64,000 nucleotides of DNA from Eledone cirrhosa (GCA_964016885.1 OZ024744.1:44268001-44332000), one strand, 5' to 3'; positions 1 to 13,502 are shown, counted from the stretch's first letter. Numbers and translations: made by a program. Notes: a model not told the origin generated them from the sequence alone.

Positions 1-57
1 ACCAGTAACGTACTGGGTAATTGCTGGCCTTGTGCCAAATGTAGAAACAATTATTGT
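1..57 (+). mobile_element. 3' tail of tRNA-derived SINE
   Basis: accagt...aattgctggccttgtgccaaatgtagaaacaattatt matches the 3' end of full copies at 6060 and 11453. Confidence 0.85.
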
Positions 58-296
58 CATAAATTCCATGTGACTCACTTTTGGGCTGCTGACTTCCTTG
101 TGGCATAGTTCGCGTTTGGAGCTTCACCGTGTCAACGTCACACTTTTACACTCATTTACCTTTCATATGCCATAACATTTTACCGTTTTTACATCGAACA
201 ACACATACTTCTTATGGTTAAAAATAAATGTTTTTGGGGGTTCGTGCTGCGTTGATTTCTCTTTAAAAAAAATATTTACTAATGGTAGACTTACAA

Positions 297-323
297 CCGG
301 GCAACGCCGGATATGGCTGCTAG
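297..323 (+). mobile_element. Helitron-type 3' terminus
   Basis: GC hairpin CCGGGCAACGCCGG followed about 10 nt later by CTAG and then T; 5' end not identified. Confidence 0.6.
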
Positions 324-351
324 TACTATAATAAACTACACCACCCAACAG

Positions 352-864
352 TTTAACGAGCATAAAGGTAGTCGATTGTTATTTAGTGTTTACATTATTT
401 GGTCATAAATTTAGGAATAAAGTAATTAAATGAAACATGCTGAAATATCTCACACGAGTGTCTATAATTGTCTAATCTTTATTGCTATGAATGCGTGTTA
501 CAACTTGGAAATAAGGCATACCTTTTGAAATAATATATGTATAATTGGTATCATTAGTTGTCGTATGTGCCAAAAGTAGAAACAATTATTAGTTGTAGAA
601 TTGGCAACGAGGTGAGAGAATAAGTTAGTCTCCATATGGTGTTATTGGTTTTCTGTTCCGAAGTTGAAGTCGCCTGAGAGTTGCTTTTAATATGTTCACT
701 CCACATGGTGTGGTAAAAATGAAAAGTGGGAGAAGGCAAAATTACATCTTAACTCCTGGACGACTAGCTTTGTAAGAGAGCGGGTACTTTCAGTTTCTCA
801 ATTTATAGTCTTCATGGGACGTAACTCTCATTAACTCTCCTTCTCGCCCCAAGGGGTCAATACA
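352..864 (-). repeat. 3' LTR of Gypsy-1
   Basis: Homologous to 5344-5828 and adjacent to the PPT. Confidence 0.9.
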
Positions 865-929
865 ATACCTTCTCCCAGACGATAGGCCAACAACCCGAGG
901 GTAATTGGAGCGAACCCGCAAGAATGGGA

Positions 930-3900
930 TCAAGGCAAAGGTATGAAAAAGGTATATGCATATACAATACACAAAAAAGACACTCTATAGTTAAAGAAGA
1001 CTTTCAACTGTTTAGGAACAAGATAAAGAAAAGCATGTAATACACAATACAAAAAAGGCTCCATAGTGGCCAGTTCAGATGTTTGACAAAGTATTTTGGG
1101 CCAGTGGACTCTTCGACCAGAACGGGTCGTGGTCTTGTATGTAGGTGAAGGTGGGACAGAAGGAGCAGGTGTATGTACAATAGAGAAAGATGGGAGTATT
1201 AGTGGCTCAGGTGTATGAGCGTCTGTGAATGCCCTTTTCAGTCTGTCAACCCAAATTGTCTCTCTGGATCCCTTAATTCCTACAGTAAAATGTTTGTCAG
1301 CACGTGCTAACACATGGTAGGGTCCAGAGCACGGTTGTGTGAGAGGTGGTCTAACAGCGTCGTCTCTGACAAAGACATGTGTCCACGAGGCAATATCCCT
1401 CGGGACTGCAATTTTAATAGTTTGTTTCCTGGTATCCATAGGCGGTAAGTCCTGAAAATATGAGCGCAAACGAGATACGTAGGAAAGGGGATCTTGATTA
1501 GCAAGATCAACAGAGGCAAGCATTTGCCCAGGCAACGCTAGAGGGGCACCATACAATAATTCAGCCGGGGAGAACCCAAGGTCCTCCTTTATTGAAGACC
1601 GAATTCCTAACAACACAATAGGAAGGTACTCGCTCCAACGTAGAGAGTCTGGATAGGCACGAAGAACGGCCTTTAATTGGCGGTTAAAACGCTCCACCAT
1701 TCCGTTTGAAGCAGGATAAGATGTAGTCCGAATGCGTTGAGTGCCAATAATTTTTGTTAACTCCGAGAAAAGATGTAATTCGAATTGCCTACCACGGTCT
1801 GTAGTAATTTTGGTTGGCACGCCATAGCGGGCAATCCACGTGTGGGCACGCGCTATTGTCTCGGCGGTAATGTCCTTTAAGGAGATGGCTTCAGGCCATC
1901 GCGAAAAACGATCAATGCAGGTCAAAAGGTAAGAATATCCACTACTGGCCAAGGTCCAACGATATCGATATGGATGTGTCGAAAACGAGCATCCGGAGTA
2001 CTGAAAGTACCAAGTGGAGTCCGGATGTGTCTGTGGACTTTAGATTTTTGACACTGTATACAGGAACGGCACCAAGCAATAATTTCGAGCCTCATATTTG
2101 GCCAGAAAAATCTAGCCGTTATGAGCTTTACTGTGGCTGAAGATCCTGGGTAAGAAATGCTGCGCAAAGCAAGGAACACAATTCGACGGTGAGTCTCGGG
2201 AACATAAGGTCGTGGTGAATCCGTAGATACATCGCAGAGAATCTGCCTGTCGGTAGTCGACAAGGGCAGATATTTCAGGTTGCAAGTCGCAAATTCGGCT
2301 GATGAAGTATCCAACGATTCGAGTGCAGGTTGGTCTGCTGCCAAACGACTTAAATCTATCTCCTGGGTTGACGAAATCAAGCTGATTGGCAAGCGTGACA
2401 AGGCGTCTGCAGCTGTATTTAGTGAGCCAGAAATGTGCTGGATATCATTGGTAAACTGCGAAATGTAATAGAGGTCCCTTGTCTCTCTGGGCGAATATCT
2501 GTCGGCTTTAGCCCTCAAAGCGAAGGTCAGGGGTTTGTGGTCAGTGAAAACCGTAAAATTTCTTCCGTCAACAATATGAGACAGATATATGGCAAATAAC
2601 TCCCGACCAAACGTGCTGTAACGGGTTTCTGCCGGTTTCAGCTTCCTGGAGAAAAATGCCAAAAGTTGTTGGTGTTCAGCGTTATACTGTTGTAAAACTG
2701 CTCCCACAGCGGTATCAGATGCATCGACAGAAAGCGAAAGCTTGGCATCGGGTACTGGGTTGGCTAGCAAAGATGAATTAGCAAGTGCTGTCTTGGCAGT
2801 CTGGAAATCTTCGAGTTGTGCTTGTGTCAAGGAAATATCCTCATTCTTCTTACGACGATCTTTCAAAATCTCGGTAAGGGAAAACAGTAATTTTGCACAT
2901 TGAGGAACGAAACGTCTATAAAAATTGATTAGGCCTAGGAAGTGACGCAACTGACGAAGTGAGGTAGGCAGAGGTAAATCCTGTATAGCCTTAACTCGCT
3001 GTGGAAGGAGTCGAATACCCTCGGTGTCGATGATGTCACCTAAAAAATTCAGTGAAGCGGATCCGAAAACACACTCGAACGCGGTAAACCTGGAGTCGGC
3101 AAAATAAAAGGTTCATGTGACGCATATGCTCTTCTGGAGAGGAACTAACGACGAGAAGATCATCTATATATGCATAAACAAAGTCCAGACCACGAGTGAC
3201 CTCGTCTATGAACCGCTGAAAAGTGCTAGCGGCATTCATGAGTCCGAAAGGCATGTTTAAAAACTCGAAGGATCTGAAAGGAGTCGTAATAGCTGTTTTC
3301 GGGATGTCTTACTTCCTGACTGGTATTTGGTGGTAAGCTCGCACTAAATCGAGTTTGGAGAAAATCTTACAACCCTGCAACGAAGATGCACAATCCTGGA
3401 GGTGGGGTAATCGGATATATATCTGGGACTGTCATCGCGTTTAATCTCCTATAATACCCAGTGGGTCTCCAGTCGCCAGAAGTCTTGGGCACCATATGTA
3501 ACGGGGAAGCCCCAGGACTCGTAGATGGGTGAATAATGCCCAGCTGCAGAATATGGTCGAACTCGGACCGTGCTGCCTTTAACTTGTCCGCCGGTAAACG
3601 ACGTGGACATGAAAATACTGGAGCACTGGTTGTGGAAATAAAATGTTCGGTTGAGTGAGTTGGCTCAGTAACTCGAACATTTCCATCGATGAGCTCCGGG
3701 AACGATTCTAACAACGAATAGTAGGCGTTTCCAGCGGCAGCGATGAAGAAGTTTGGGCTAACCGTTGAAGCACCGGCTCTTCGGCCACGCATTGAGAAAC
3801 CGGTGATGTCATCCACTAGACGTTGGCCTCGGACATCCACAGTCAAGGAGAAATTGTGTAGAAAATCCGCTCCTAAGATTGGGTATGCAAGTCAGCGACC

Positions 3901-4100
3901 GTAAAAGTCCATTTAAAATCCCTACAAAGATTGAGGGGAAGCGAGATTTGTCCGTACGTCTTTATAGGCGAGTAGTTAACAGCCTGCAGAGTAACGGATG
4001 ACTCTGCGGGGGTATCCTTTAGGCCATGGACCGGCCAAATACTACAGGAGGCTCCTGTATTCACGAGGAAGGCTCTTCCAGACAGGAGGTCCTTGATGAA
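930..4100 (-). pseudogene. pol: Gypsy pol (protease, RT, RNase H, integrase), frameshifted
   Basis: FLVNTGA protease-like site; YAYIDDLLV RT; VDASDTAVGAVL and TDHKPL RNase H; CIQCQKSK, IDRFSRWPEA and NGMVERFNRQLK integrase. Confidence 0.93.
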
Positions 4101-4199
4101 GAAGTGGCGGTTTGGGTGCTTTACGCTGAGGTTGACTGCCGCCCTCAGCGAACCTCTCTGTCGTTTCCCGACTTCACAAAAGAACAAGTCTGTACACAG

Positions 4200-4951
4200 T
4201 GGTTCGCGTTCTCAGCAAAACGCTTGTGGTACCAGCATAAATATGAAGCTGGTGACCTGGGGCGGTGTCTGAAAGAGGTAGATCTACCGCGGCTGCGTGA
4301 GCGTGAACGAACATTACCATAGTCCTACAGCTTCTGTAGCTCCAGTGTGAGTTCTTGAATAGCTTTTTGCATAGCCATTATAGCTGCGCTGTCTGCATGA
4401 TATGCCGCGCAGATGGCATGGCCAGGTGTGGCCTGAGCTGGGGGAGAATCAGTAGCAAGGGCCTAGCTGCCTCCAGCACCCGTGACCTCAAAAACCTTGT
4501 CCGCAGAGCGGGCCAGTTGGTCCACAGAACATGTATCCCTAATGGGGGCCAAAATTGCTTGAACGTTGGTCGGTAGCCGCGAGAGAAACAACTGCTTCAA
4601 CATCGCGGTTTCCGCTACCGACCCCTCTGTTAGGTCTTTCATCGGACGTAAGAGGTCCGATGGAGTGCCATCCCCGATATGCTCTAAATGGACCAGAGCT
4701 CTAAAGCGTTTCTCGGCGGACTGTGCAGTCCGGCTGAGTATTTCCGCCTTCAACGACTTGTAAGTAGTGTCAGTCAGTGTCTCCAATACGAGATCCTTAA
4801 TAGTTGGGAGAAGTGCCGGAGGAATGGCACTAAGGACGAGGGGACGTTGCTGTGCCTCAGCGATATTGTTAGCCTCGAAAAATGCTTCCATTTCAGCGAA
4901 CCATAATTTCACGTCACCCGTATAAGTAGGGAGAATAGATTGAACTCCCAT
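4200..4951 (-). pseudogene. gag: Gypsy gag
   Basis: LWFAEMEAFF...GDGTPSDLL...LKQLFLSRLP, followed by a CWYH zinc-knuckle remnant near 4230. Confidence 0.85.
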
Positions 4952-5343
4952 TGGTACAATCTCAGTACGCGGCAACATGCGTCTCCGTAAAGAAAAATAC
5001 CTCGAGCACAAGTGAAATAGAAAATAAACCCACTTGTTTTTTTTGTTTTTTTGTTTTTTTGTCTTTTCTTCAAACAACCGGACAGGAAAAAGAATGTATC
5101 CGAAATATTGTGTAAGTGAGCGGCTAAGCAAATAATGGCATTATCTATACATCTACAGAGAACTTAAAGCAAAAACCAACATGGCGCACGGTTTCGCGCA
5201 AAATAAACTGTTGAAGAAGAAAGCCGCCATCTTGACAACTTCAAAAATTTCACCAAAGGAAAAAAAATACGCCAAACACTTGTTTTTTTCTTGTTTTTTT
5301 TTTTAGTGGTATATTTTCCATATACCAACGTCTCAGACACCAC

Positions 5344-5828
5344 TTTAACGAGCATAGAAGTTCGTCGATTTTTATTTAGTGTTTACGTTATTTGGTCGTA
5401 AATTTAGGAATAAAGTAATTAAATGAGACATGCTGAAATATCTCACACGAGTGTCTATAATTGTCTCATCTTTATTGTTATGAGTGTTTGTTACAACTTG
5501 GAAATAAGTCATACCTTTTGAAATAATATAATATGTATAATTGGTATCATTAGTTGTAGAATTGGCGACGGGGTGAGAGAACAAGTTAGTCTCCACATGG
5601 TGTTATTGGTTTTCTGTTCCGAAGTTGAAGTCACCTGAGAGAGAGTTGCTCTTAATATTTCACTCCACATGGTGTGGTAAAAATGAAAAGTGGGAGAAGG
5701 CAAAATTACATCTTAACTCCTGGAAGGCTAGCTTTGTAAGAGAGGAGGTACTTTCATGTTCTCAATTTATAGTCTCCCTGGGACGTAACTCTCATTAACT
5801 CTCCTTCTCGCCCCAAGGGGTCACTACA
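5344..5828 (-). repeat. 5' LTR of Gypsy-1
   Basis: Homologous to 352-864 and adjacent to the PBS-like site. Confidence 0.9.
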
Positions 5829-6860
5829 ACAGTATGCCACTACAATATACCACACCACAGTATGCCACTACAATATACCACACCACAGTATGCCACACCA
5901 CAGTATACCACACCACACTATAATATACCACACCACACTTCAATATACCACACCACACCACACTACAGTATACCACACGGCACTGCAATATCAACACCAC
6001 ACCACACCCCACGCCACACTACAATATAGAAAACCACACTACCCTATACAACATCACATTGGATTGGCAGTATCGGTAGAGGGTCTGACGCCATGTCTTG
6101 CAGCAAAGAGTTACGGCCCTTTATAGTCTGAGTTCAAATCCCGCCGAGGTTAACTTTGCCTTTCATCCTTACGGGGTCGATAAAATAAAGTACCAGTAAT
6201 ACACTGATATAATTGCTGGCCTTGTGCCAAAAGTAGAAACAATTACTATGTATCACCCCACACTACAATATACCACACCACATCACACGCCACTATTCCA
6301 CACCACACCATACTACAGTATACTACACCACGCTACATTATACCACACTACACTACAATACACCACACCATACTACAGTATACCACACCACACCACACTA
6401 CAATGTACCACCCCACACTAATGATATCACATGACACTACACTATACCACACCTCATACAATATAACACACCACACTGCACCACTCCACACTACAAAATA
6501 CCACACCACACTACAATACAATATACCGCATACACTACAGCATACCACAACACACTACAGTATACGTAACCACTCAACACTATACAACACTACACTACAA
6601 TATACCACACCGTACTACAATATACCACACAACATTATACCTTACTACACTACAATATACCACACCACACTACAATATACCACACCACATTACAAAATAC
6701 CACACCGTACTACAAAATACCACACCACACTACAAAATACCACACCACACTACACTTCAATAAACGAGACTACACTACAATATACCACATTCCACTACAA
6801 TATACCACACCACACTACAATATACCACACCACACTACACTACAATATACCACACCACGC
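5829..6860. repeat. Degenerate minisatellite, unit approx. ACTACAATATACCACACCAC
   Basis: Visible 20-25 bp units; similar sequence at 324-351 on the other side of the Gypsy. Confidence 0.9.
6060..6248 (+). mobile_element. tRNA-derived SINE, full length
   Basis: A-box TGGCAGTATCGG, B-box GAGTTCAAATCC, core gcctttcatccttacggggtcgataaaataaagtaccagt (Nin/Deu-like by recall), ATT tail. Confidence 0.9.
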
Positions 6861-6919
6861 TTTTCCAGCGCGTCTCCCTTGCTGTCGTCCGGGAAAACGC
6901 CTTCTCCATTCTGTCCAAA

Positions 6920-7370
6920 CAGTGGATTCGGCTGCTATTTCTAGCAAGTGGACCATCACATTAACTAGACTGAGACACATTTCAATATTAAAACATAACA
7001 CCCAGACACCTGAAGTGAAGCGAAGTTAGTTGTTGTTGAAAATAAACAGGACAGAATAGTTAATTGAGATAGATATAAAATCTACTTTACTTCAGAGAAG
7101 GAAAAAGGAATATGATTACTACTAATCATAAAAGTACAAAGTTGTATGTAAACATTAAAAATGAATACCGTGTTTTCGAATAGAAGGTGGCAGGCTATCG
7201 TCCGTCATTTCTATCACCATAGAAGTTGAACGCCAAGTCACCAGAGAAGGTGTCGTCTCTTTTTTGACAGAAAATTCTCTCTCTGTCCTCGTTCCATGAC
7301 AGCCTATTTATCGAAAGCTGGTTATTATTTGCTCAAAGGTTGATGACCTCCCGCTGAGTTCTTTTTCAAA
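6920..7370 (-). repeat. Dispersed repeat X, probable LTR fragment of the Gypsy-2 family
   Basis: Homologous to 13590-14070 and, inverted, to 18790-19180. Confidence 0.6.
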
Positions 7371-7439
7371 GGAGCGCATATACTGGAGAACAGAGAGCCC
7401 TTCGCCTATCCAGTCGTTCGTGGACTGCTCAAGTTATAT

Positions 7440-7650
7440 GGTCATATCAGGTTTGGCTGACTTGCTGAGGACCTCGCTGACGAGTTTCTGACTGGAGGGG
7501 ATTGAGGAGAGATAGGTCAGCAGTGCCAAATCCGAAGCGGATCGAAGGCCGAGGCCACCGAACCTCACTCAAAGCTTCACCTCTTCCCAGTCGGTGCAGT
7601 CGAAACTGACATTGCAGATGAGTTTTGCACAACGTCGGATGGTGGCTTGA
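7440..7650 (-). pseudogene. CRE-like RLE non-LTR retrotransposon fragment
   Basis: Reverse complement of 12320-12510; translates IRRCAKLICNVSFD...FGGLGLRSASDLALL. Confidence 0.75.
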
Positions 7651-8099
7651 AAGCATTTGCAATACCTATATGTCGTGCCTATCTTCGAGTCTTTGACCTT
7701 TTTATGGGTTCTCCATGATTTCATTTCATTAGGACTGCAAGTGAATGTTATAAATATACAGCGCTACCTACTGCTTTTGCATTGAGTACTCCTTCATTAT
7801 TTAGAGAATCTTTTAAAAGCGAATACTCTCCGACCTTTAGCTTAGTTTGGTACTGTTTAATATACAATAATCGTTGAAACTCAATTTTGGAATACATATC
7901 AACTAAATATATTTGGAAAAAATGATTTACATCTTACAATTTTATTCCAAATGATTTAACAGAACTACGTAGTTCAGCATACCTTGATCTTTTTACTTCA
8001 GTTACAATTTCTTGTACCTCCCTATTCTGAGAATCTCTCTCGCCCTCCCCATCTCTCTGTATGGTGAGCAAATGGGGTCCCACGTGCTGGCCTCCCCAC

Positions 8100-8790
8100 A
8101 GCCCCGGCGGACAGAATGGAGAAGGCGTTTCCACGCAGGATGGCAAGGGAGATGCGCTGGAAGAGCCATTCCATTTTACGAGGCTCACACCGGCAGCTGT
8201 GCAGCTCAGCGCCTATGGCGGTGAATAGGAAGGTAACCCTAGGGCCAAGGACACCAGAAGTCTCCACTGCCAAGAGCACGACCGCGAACCGGTCGGAGAA
8301 CGACCGGTACTTGGAGAGCTTGGCCTCCTCATCCCGACATGCAGCAGAACCTGGGTTAGTCGCAGACTGCACCAGGTTGTGGTTGGAGAAAGTGTCGTTG
8401 TAAGTGGTATCCCAGAGGAGGGAACAAGAAGATGGTCATACCTTCCGGCCTTTTGACGTCACCTCGGTTCAGCCCCACCAACTCGAGCTGGGAGGGGAAG
8501 CCTGCAGCGTCCAATCAAATCTTTATGATCTCGTTGAGGGCAGCATGGAAGGTGGCCGGCACTGTGAAAACAGGAAAACGGGTGGAGGCCGAAATACTCC
8601 ACGGTGGATCCACAGCGATATTTGTGTGGCCCGCAGATCCGGAGGCCAAACCTCAGGGAAAGGCCAATGCGCAGGCTATCGTTATCCAGCTGTGTGCCAG
8701 TGGAGAAGGAGGGCATGGCATGGAACAAGGCACCACTGTGGGGTTTTAAGGCCGCGCGAAAACAGGCATGGCGGTGCTGGAAATTCATAA
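8100..8790 (-). pseudogene. CRE-like non-LTR 3' fragment (zinc knuckle plus restriction-like endonuclease)
   Basis: SLRFGLRI...CGSTVEYFGLHPFSC; K..KY...AVETSGVLGP; WLFQRISLAILRGNA. Confidence 0.85.
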
Positions 8791-8911
8791 CATTTACTTT
8801 CTCAACATATATTCATGAAAATTACTGAAAATCCCAGCATCTGAGGAGTTCTTCCATGTTTGTTTTAGAGAGTTTTCTAACATATTCGGAAATCTGTAAA
8901 ACATAGACATC

Positions 8912-10280
8912 TTGTTGTTGTTGTTGTTGTTGTTGTTGTCATGGAGACAGAGTCCTCAATCACGCCTTCCAGAGGTTCCTGTCAGAAGCAACAGAGCTCT
9001 TGGGTGTTACTTCCCTTAACACACGTTAACATACAAACATAATGTCCTCCAACGTTTGTTTTGTTCTTCCTCGACAATATCCAGCTGGAACTCCTCTCCG
9101 CTGGTTTTATGTCTTTGGTCCTGTTCTACCCAGATCCTGAAAGTTGTTTCATGATATTGTAGGTAGATTTACCTACAAAACCTCTGGTTCCAACTTCTAT
9201 GGTGATAACTTTGAGCCAGAAATTGACTTCCCCCCTGGCTATTGTCCCAACGTATTTTCGGTGTTAAACACGTGCCTCTTCTAGTCTACTGATGCAAGGT
9301 GAGTTGAATCAAAATCACATGTTTTGATGAACTGGAATGGAGTATGATATCCGGCCTCAAGCCATTCTTTCTGGTGATTTCTAGTTGCTTTACCGATTCG
9401 GTGAGGTGTGCTGTACACACCCAGTCCTCTGTACCACCCAGAAGACTCTATTCCCGTGCCCTGTATGATAGAGCTACTCCTGGCCATGATTTTCTGCTCC
9501 CTCTCGTGTAGAAGGTTGTTGGAGATTCTGGTACTGCGGATTTTACATTAGCTATACTTACCTCATGTACGATCTCCTTATGATTGTGTTTCTATGTGTA
9601 TCTTCCTTGGGCTAGTGCTACTCTGTATTAGGTCAGAATGTGTTCCACTATCTGTCTACCCTGGCAGAATGGGCACTCAAGGTTATTTGATTTTCCCCAC
9701 TTCACTAGGTCCATATTCGATGGCAGGATACCATAGAGCGATCTGAGGAGTAAATTGAACACAAGATGTGCTATATGTCACACGTCATTCCGAAATACTC
9801 TGGATTGCACATTCCCACGTCATCCATTGGCCCTGTCGATTCTACTGTACTGTCTTCTGGCATCTTCTTCTTTGTTCACCCCGTGTAAAATCATATCTCT
9901 CTTCATCTTTTCCCTAGCCTCTTACCCCTCTGCCCATGAATATGAGTGTGTCCCATATTTTCTTTGCATCTACCGTCTCATAAACTTTCCACTTACTGCC
10001 TGCCATCAGCTTTCACCAAATCGCTCTCACGACATTGTCTTGCGAGTCATCAAGCTTGGTCAAGAGCCTGGCTTTACCGACTTTGTATTCCTCAACGATG
10101 GCTTTGAGATGTAGCATCAACTTGGCCTGGCGACAGTAGAGTGCAACATCTGTGAGACTTGGTGGAACACCAAGCCACTTGTATCCTTGTTGATTTTGAC
10201 CGTCATAACTTCCACTGTACTGGAGCTAATATCATATTTTAGCAGATATCTGAGAAGCTTTGGGATCAACGTAACCTGCA
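8912..10280 (-). mobile_element. Hero/NeSL-like RLE non-LTR retrotransposon, 5'-truncated, with (AAC)n tail
   Basis: Minus-strand remnants QGQWMTWE, LLRSLYGILPS..LVKWGK..CPFC, AQGRYT and IEVGTRGFVG; (GTT)n at 8912-8939. Confidence 0.75.
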
Positions 10281-10319
10281 AACACTAAACCACGTGTTTG
10301 CTAGAGAAGTCACATTGGT

Positions 10320-10660
10320 CTATGTGTATGTAATATGTAACTATCTAGTGCCTGTATGTGTCTGTTTATGTATATGTAGGTGTAGATATGTGTATGTAAT
10401 ATGTATATATCTAGTGTCTGTATGTGTCTGTTTATGTATATGTAGGTGTAGATATGTGTATGTATGTAATATGTTACTATCTAGTGTCTGTATGTGTCTG
10501 TGTATGTATATGTAGGTGTAGATATGTGTATGTATGTAATATGTAACTATCTAGTGTCTGGATGTGTCTGTTTATGTATATGATGGTGTGAATGTGTGTT
10601 TATATAATATGTATGTATTTGTCGTATGAAAGTATGTGTCTGTTTATGTATATGTATGTG
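10320..10660. repeat. Tandem repeat of about 66-70 bp, about 4-5 units
   Basis: Recurrent atctagtgtctgtatgtgtctgtttatgtatatgtaggtgtagat. Confidence 0.85.
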
Positions 10661-10701
10661 TGTTTCTTTGTGACCAGTTTTTTTTTATATGAATTTGTCA
10701 C

Positions 10702-11023
10702 CCGATATTCGCGGGCGTTACGTTCCTAGAGCACCCGCGAAGAGTGTAAAACCGCGAACGTGGTCCATAAAAATCCCTATAAACGTCAAAATATAACGTA
10801 CAATATAATTTTTTAAAAAAGAGGGAGCGTCCAATAGGCCGGCCAATATAGTATAATGTTCTTGATAATTTAGAGTTAAAAATATATATATTGCCACGAA
10901 AAAAGCCATAAAAACATCATGGCAGATATCTACGACTCCGCGAATATACGGTGGTTTCCACAAACAATTATTATTTAGCTTCTCAGGAAAATAACCGCGA
11001 CCGCGAATGTCGGACATACACTG
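10702..11023. mobile_element. MITE, Tigger/pogo-like
   Basis: Inverted repeats ccgatattcgcgg (10702) and ccgcgaatgtcgg (11001); internal ccgcgaa repeats; right end CACTG. Confidence 0.6.
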
Positions 11024-11452
11024 GACTTCAAAATATCTGTAAACAAATGATATTTAAATTAAAAAAAGGAAAGAAGATAAAGAAAAAAGAGAATCAAGCT
11101 ACGAAAGAAAGAGACACAGGGGGGGGGGGGGAGACTCTACACCCTAGTCTGAGCTATGTTTCAGTTGTGACCTGTATTTTACGGCCAGACTGGGGCACCT
11201 AAGGACTGGTTTTCAGAGAATAAATGAAATATCAGGCTAAATTGTATGACAATTATTTATTTGGAAATGTAAATAATTATATAATATATACAGAAAAATG
11301 TTATTTTACAAGATTTAAGATAAACTAGGTGTAGATATAACTAGAGTTGTTTTTAATAGAAAATATAAGTGATTATTTGTACGTGTATCAGAGACTTTTG
11401 TCTCCTCATCTACTGATAACTTACCGCTATGATTCAACTTGTATTACATTAT

Positions 11453-11636
11453 TGGATTGGCAGTATCGGTAGAGGGTCGGACGTCATGCTTTGCAGAGTT
11501 ACGGCCCTTTATGGTCTGAGTTCAAATCCCGCCGAGGTTAACATTGCCTTTCATCATTACGGGGTCGATAAAATAAAGTACCAGTAATACACTGGGATAA
11601 TTGCTGGCATTGTGCCAAAAGTAGAAACAATTATTA
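11453..11636 (+). mobile_element. tRNA-derived SINE
   Basis: Same A/B boxes, core and tail as 6060-6248. Confidence 0.9.
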
Positions 11637-11929
11637 AGAGCGTAGTTTTAACACTTCAAGATCCTAGTAGAAGCTAGCTGTAAGTATACCAAGCAAGCTT
11701 TAGGCGAGATCACGTCATAGAAACGTGTCTCTGACGAGCACCCATAATTGACCTTCTAGCTCATCTCCCGTACGGAAGACCCAGTATACACATGTTCGTT
11801 GACAAGGTTACTTCCGCTACGGGTGTCCAGCATGGAGACACACTCAGCCCGTCTCTTTTTGCACTGGCAGTTGACCACGTCACACGCTGTCCGGCGCCCT
11901 TCAACTTTTGGTTATGAAAAACTCGACCA

Positions 11930-13360
11930 TGGTTGGCTCGGCTGAGACGATAGTTGAAGATCTTCGGCTAATCATCCTAGCTCCTCGAACTCGAGATCAT
12001 CCCACCCATGTCCGAGGTGATTAATATTAGCTACGGGGAGGCGGAATTCCATGACATCGTACTCAGCATCAATTCCGTCTTGTCCTTGCTCTCCTAACGC
12101 CCAAAGATGCCGCCTGCATTCTCGGCTCTCCAATTCTCTCGAAATCCATAACAGAGTGCCTGGAGACCAAGCATGCAGACTTGTCACGAATGGTAGTGAG
12201 GCTGTGTCTCATCGACGCTCACCTGGTTGAGAAACTGCTTCGCCCTTCCAAAATGTCAGTTGACGCTGCGTGGTGCACCTTGTTACCCACACACAGATAA
12301 CCTCGGGGAACTCGATGCTACCATCCGACGCTGTGCAAAACTCATCTCCAATGTCAGTTTCGACAGCACCAGGTGGGAACAAGTGAAGCTTCCAGCGAGC
12401 TTCGGTGGCCTCGACCTCCGATCCGCTTCGGATTTGGCACTGCTGGCCTACCTCTCCTCCATCTCCTCTAGTCACATCCTCGTCAGCGAAGTTCTCAGCA
12501 AGACAGCCAAATCTGACGTGACCACATAACCAGAACAGGCCCCAAACGACTGAACAGGCGAAGGGCTCTTTGTTTCCCAGTATACAAAGTTCCAAAGTAA
12601 CTGGGTCGGAATCAAGTGCAGATCTTCCTTCAGCTAGAACGGGTCTGGCTTCGATCAACACTGCCACGCTTGCCTCCGATCACTTTCGCAGCCAAACAGC
12701 GATACATGGCTCAATTATGTGCTCTCCTCATCAACCAGTACCCTTCTGGATGACGAGTGCATACACATCGGAGTGACCCAACGCCTCGGCCACCACGTGT
12801 GGGATTCACATAAATACTGTTGTGGGGGCTGTCGTTGGCGAGGGTGGGCTGCATCCACTGTCATGCCGCTAGAACGCAGGTCGGTTCTCCCGACATGCCC
12901 TCCTCAACGACATACTGAGAACGACCCTGGACTCAGCTTGTTTCCCATCACAACTGGAGCCAGCAAGTCTCGACCGTGGAGACGGCAAGCGCCCCGACGG
13001 AATTATCCTCTTTTCATTCGAAAGAGGTAAATCCCTAATCTGAGACGCTAAATGCTGTAATACGTTCGCCGCCACAAACCCCTGTATTTCAGCCCACATT
13101 GCAGAGGATAGGAAGACAAGTAAATACCAGGGCTTGTCCGGCCGCTTCCTCTTTGCACCGGTCACCATCAAGAACCCCGCCAGGTGGGGTGGCTGTTGCT
13201 GGCCATTGTCCGCGGAAATGTCTTTCCAGTATTGTCCGTGGTGTGTAGCCCAAACAAAACCTGGCCCCAGACATAAAGCCTATCCCCCTCCCTCTCTCCT
13301 GTGACCTCATAATCTTAGTTTTACCCTCCGTTTCCTCTCATTTATAGTATTTATAGCCCT
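11930..13360 (+). pseudogene. CRE-like non-LTR fragment with 3' UTR
   Basis: KLPASFGGLDLRSA; LLDDECIHIGVTQRLG; gacggcaagcgccccgacgga encoding DGKRPDG (RLE motif). Confidence 0.85.
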
Positions 13361-13502
13361 TTGTCCTACTTTGATGGTTTATTCATTCTGGTAGTGGTGG
13401 TGGTGCTGGTGGTTGTGGTATTGTTGTTGTTGTTGGTGGTGTTGTAATTGTTATTAGTGGTGGTTTTACTGTTGTTGTTATTGTTGACGCTAGTGCTGGT
13501 TA

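Larger units (their letters stand above)
352..5828 (-). mobile_element. Full-length decayed Ty3/Gypsy LTR retrotransposon
   Basis: Direct repeats 352-864 and 5344-5828 begin TGTA on the minus strand; PPT GGGAGAAGG at about 865-876; TGG-initiated PBS-like site at about 5326-5342; TSD ACAG at 348-351 and 5829-5832; order gag-PR-RT-RH-IN. Confidence 0.93.

Noticed and set aside
6060-6150. tRNA gene
   Set aside because: The A/B boxes belong to a SINE head; no cloverleaf, and it continues into the SINE core
5824-7029. His/Thr/Tyr-rich ORFs
   Set aside because: Translations of the minisatellite
11720-11745. GAAACGUGUC next to CUGACGA as a permuted hammerhead
   Set aside because: Stems I and II cannot form; likely chance
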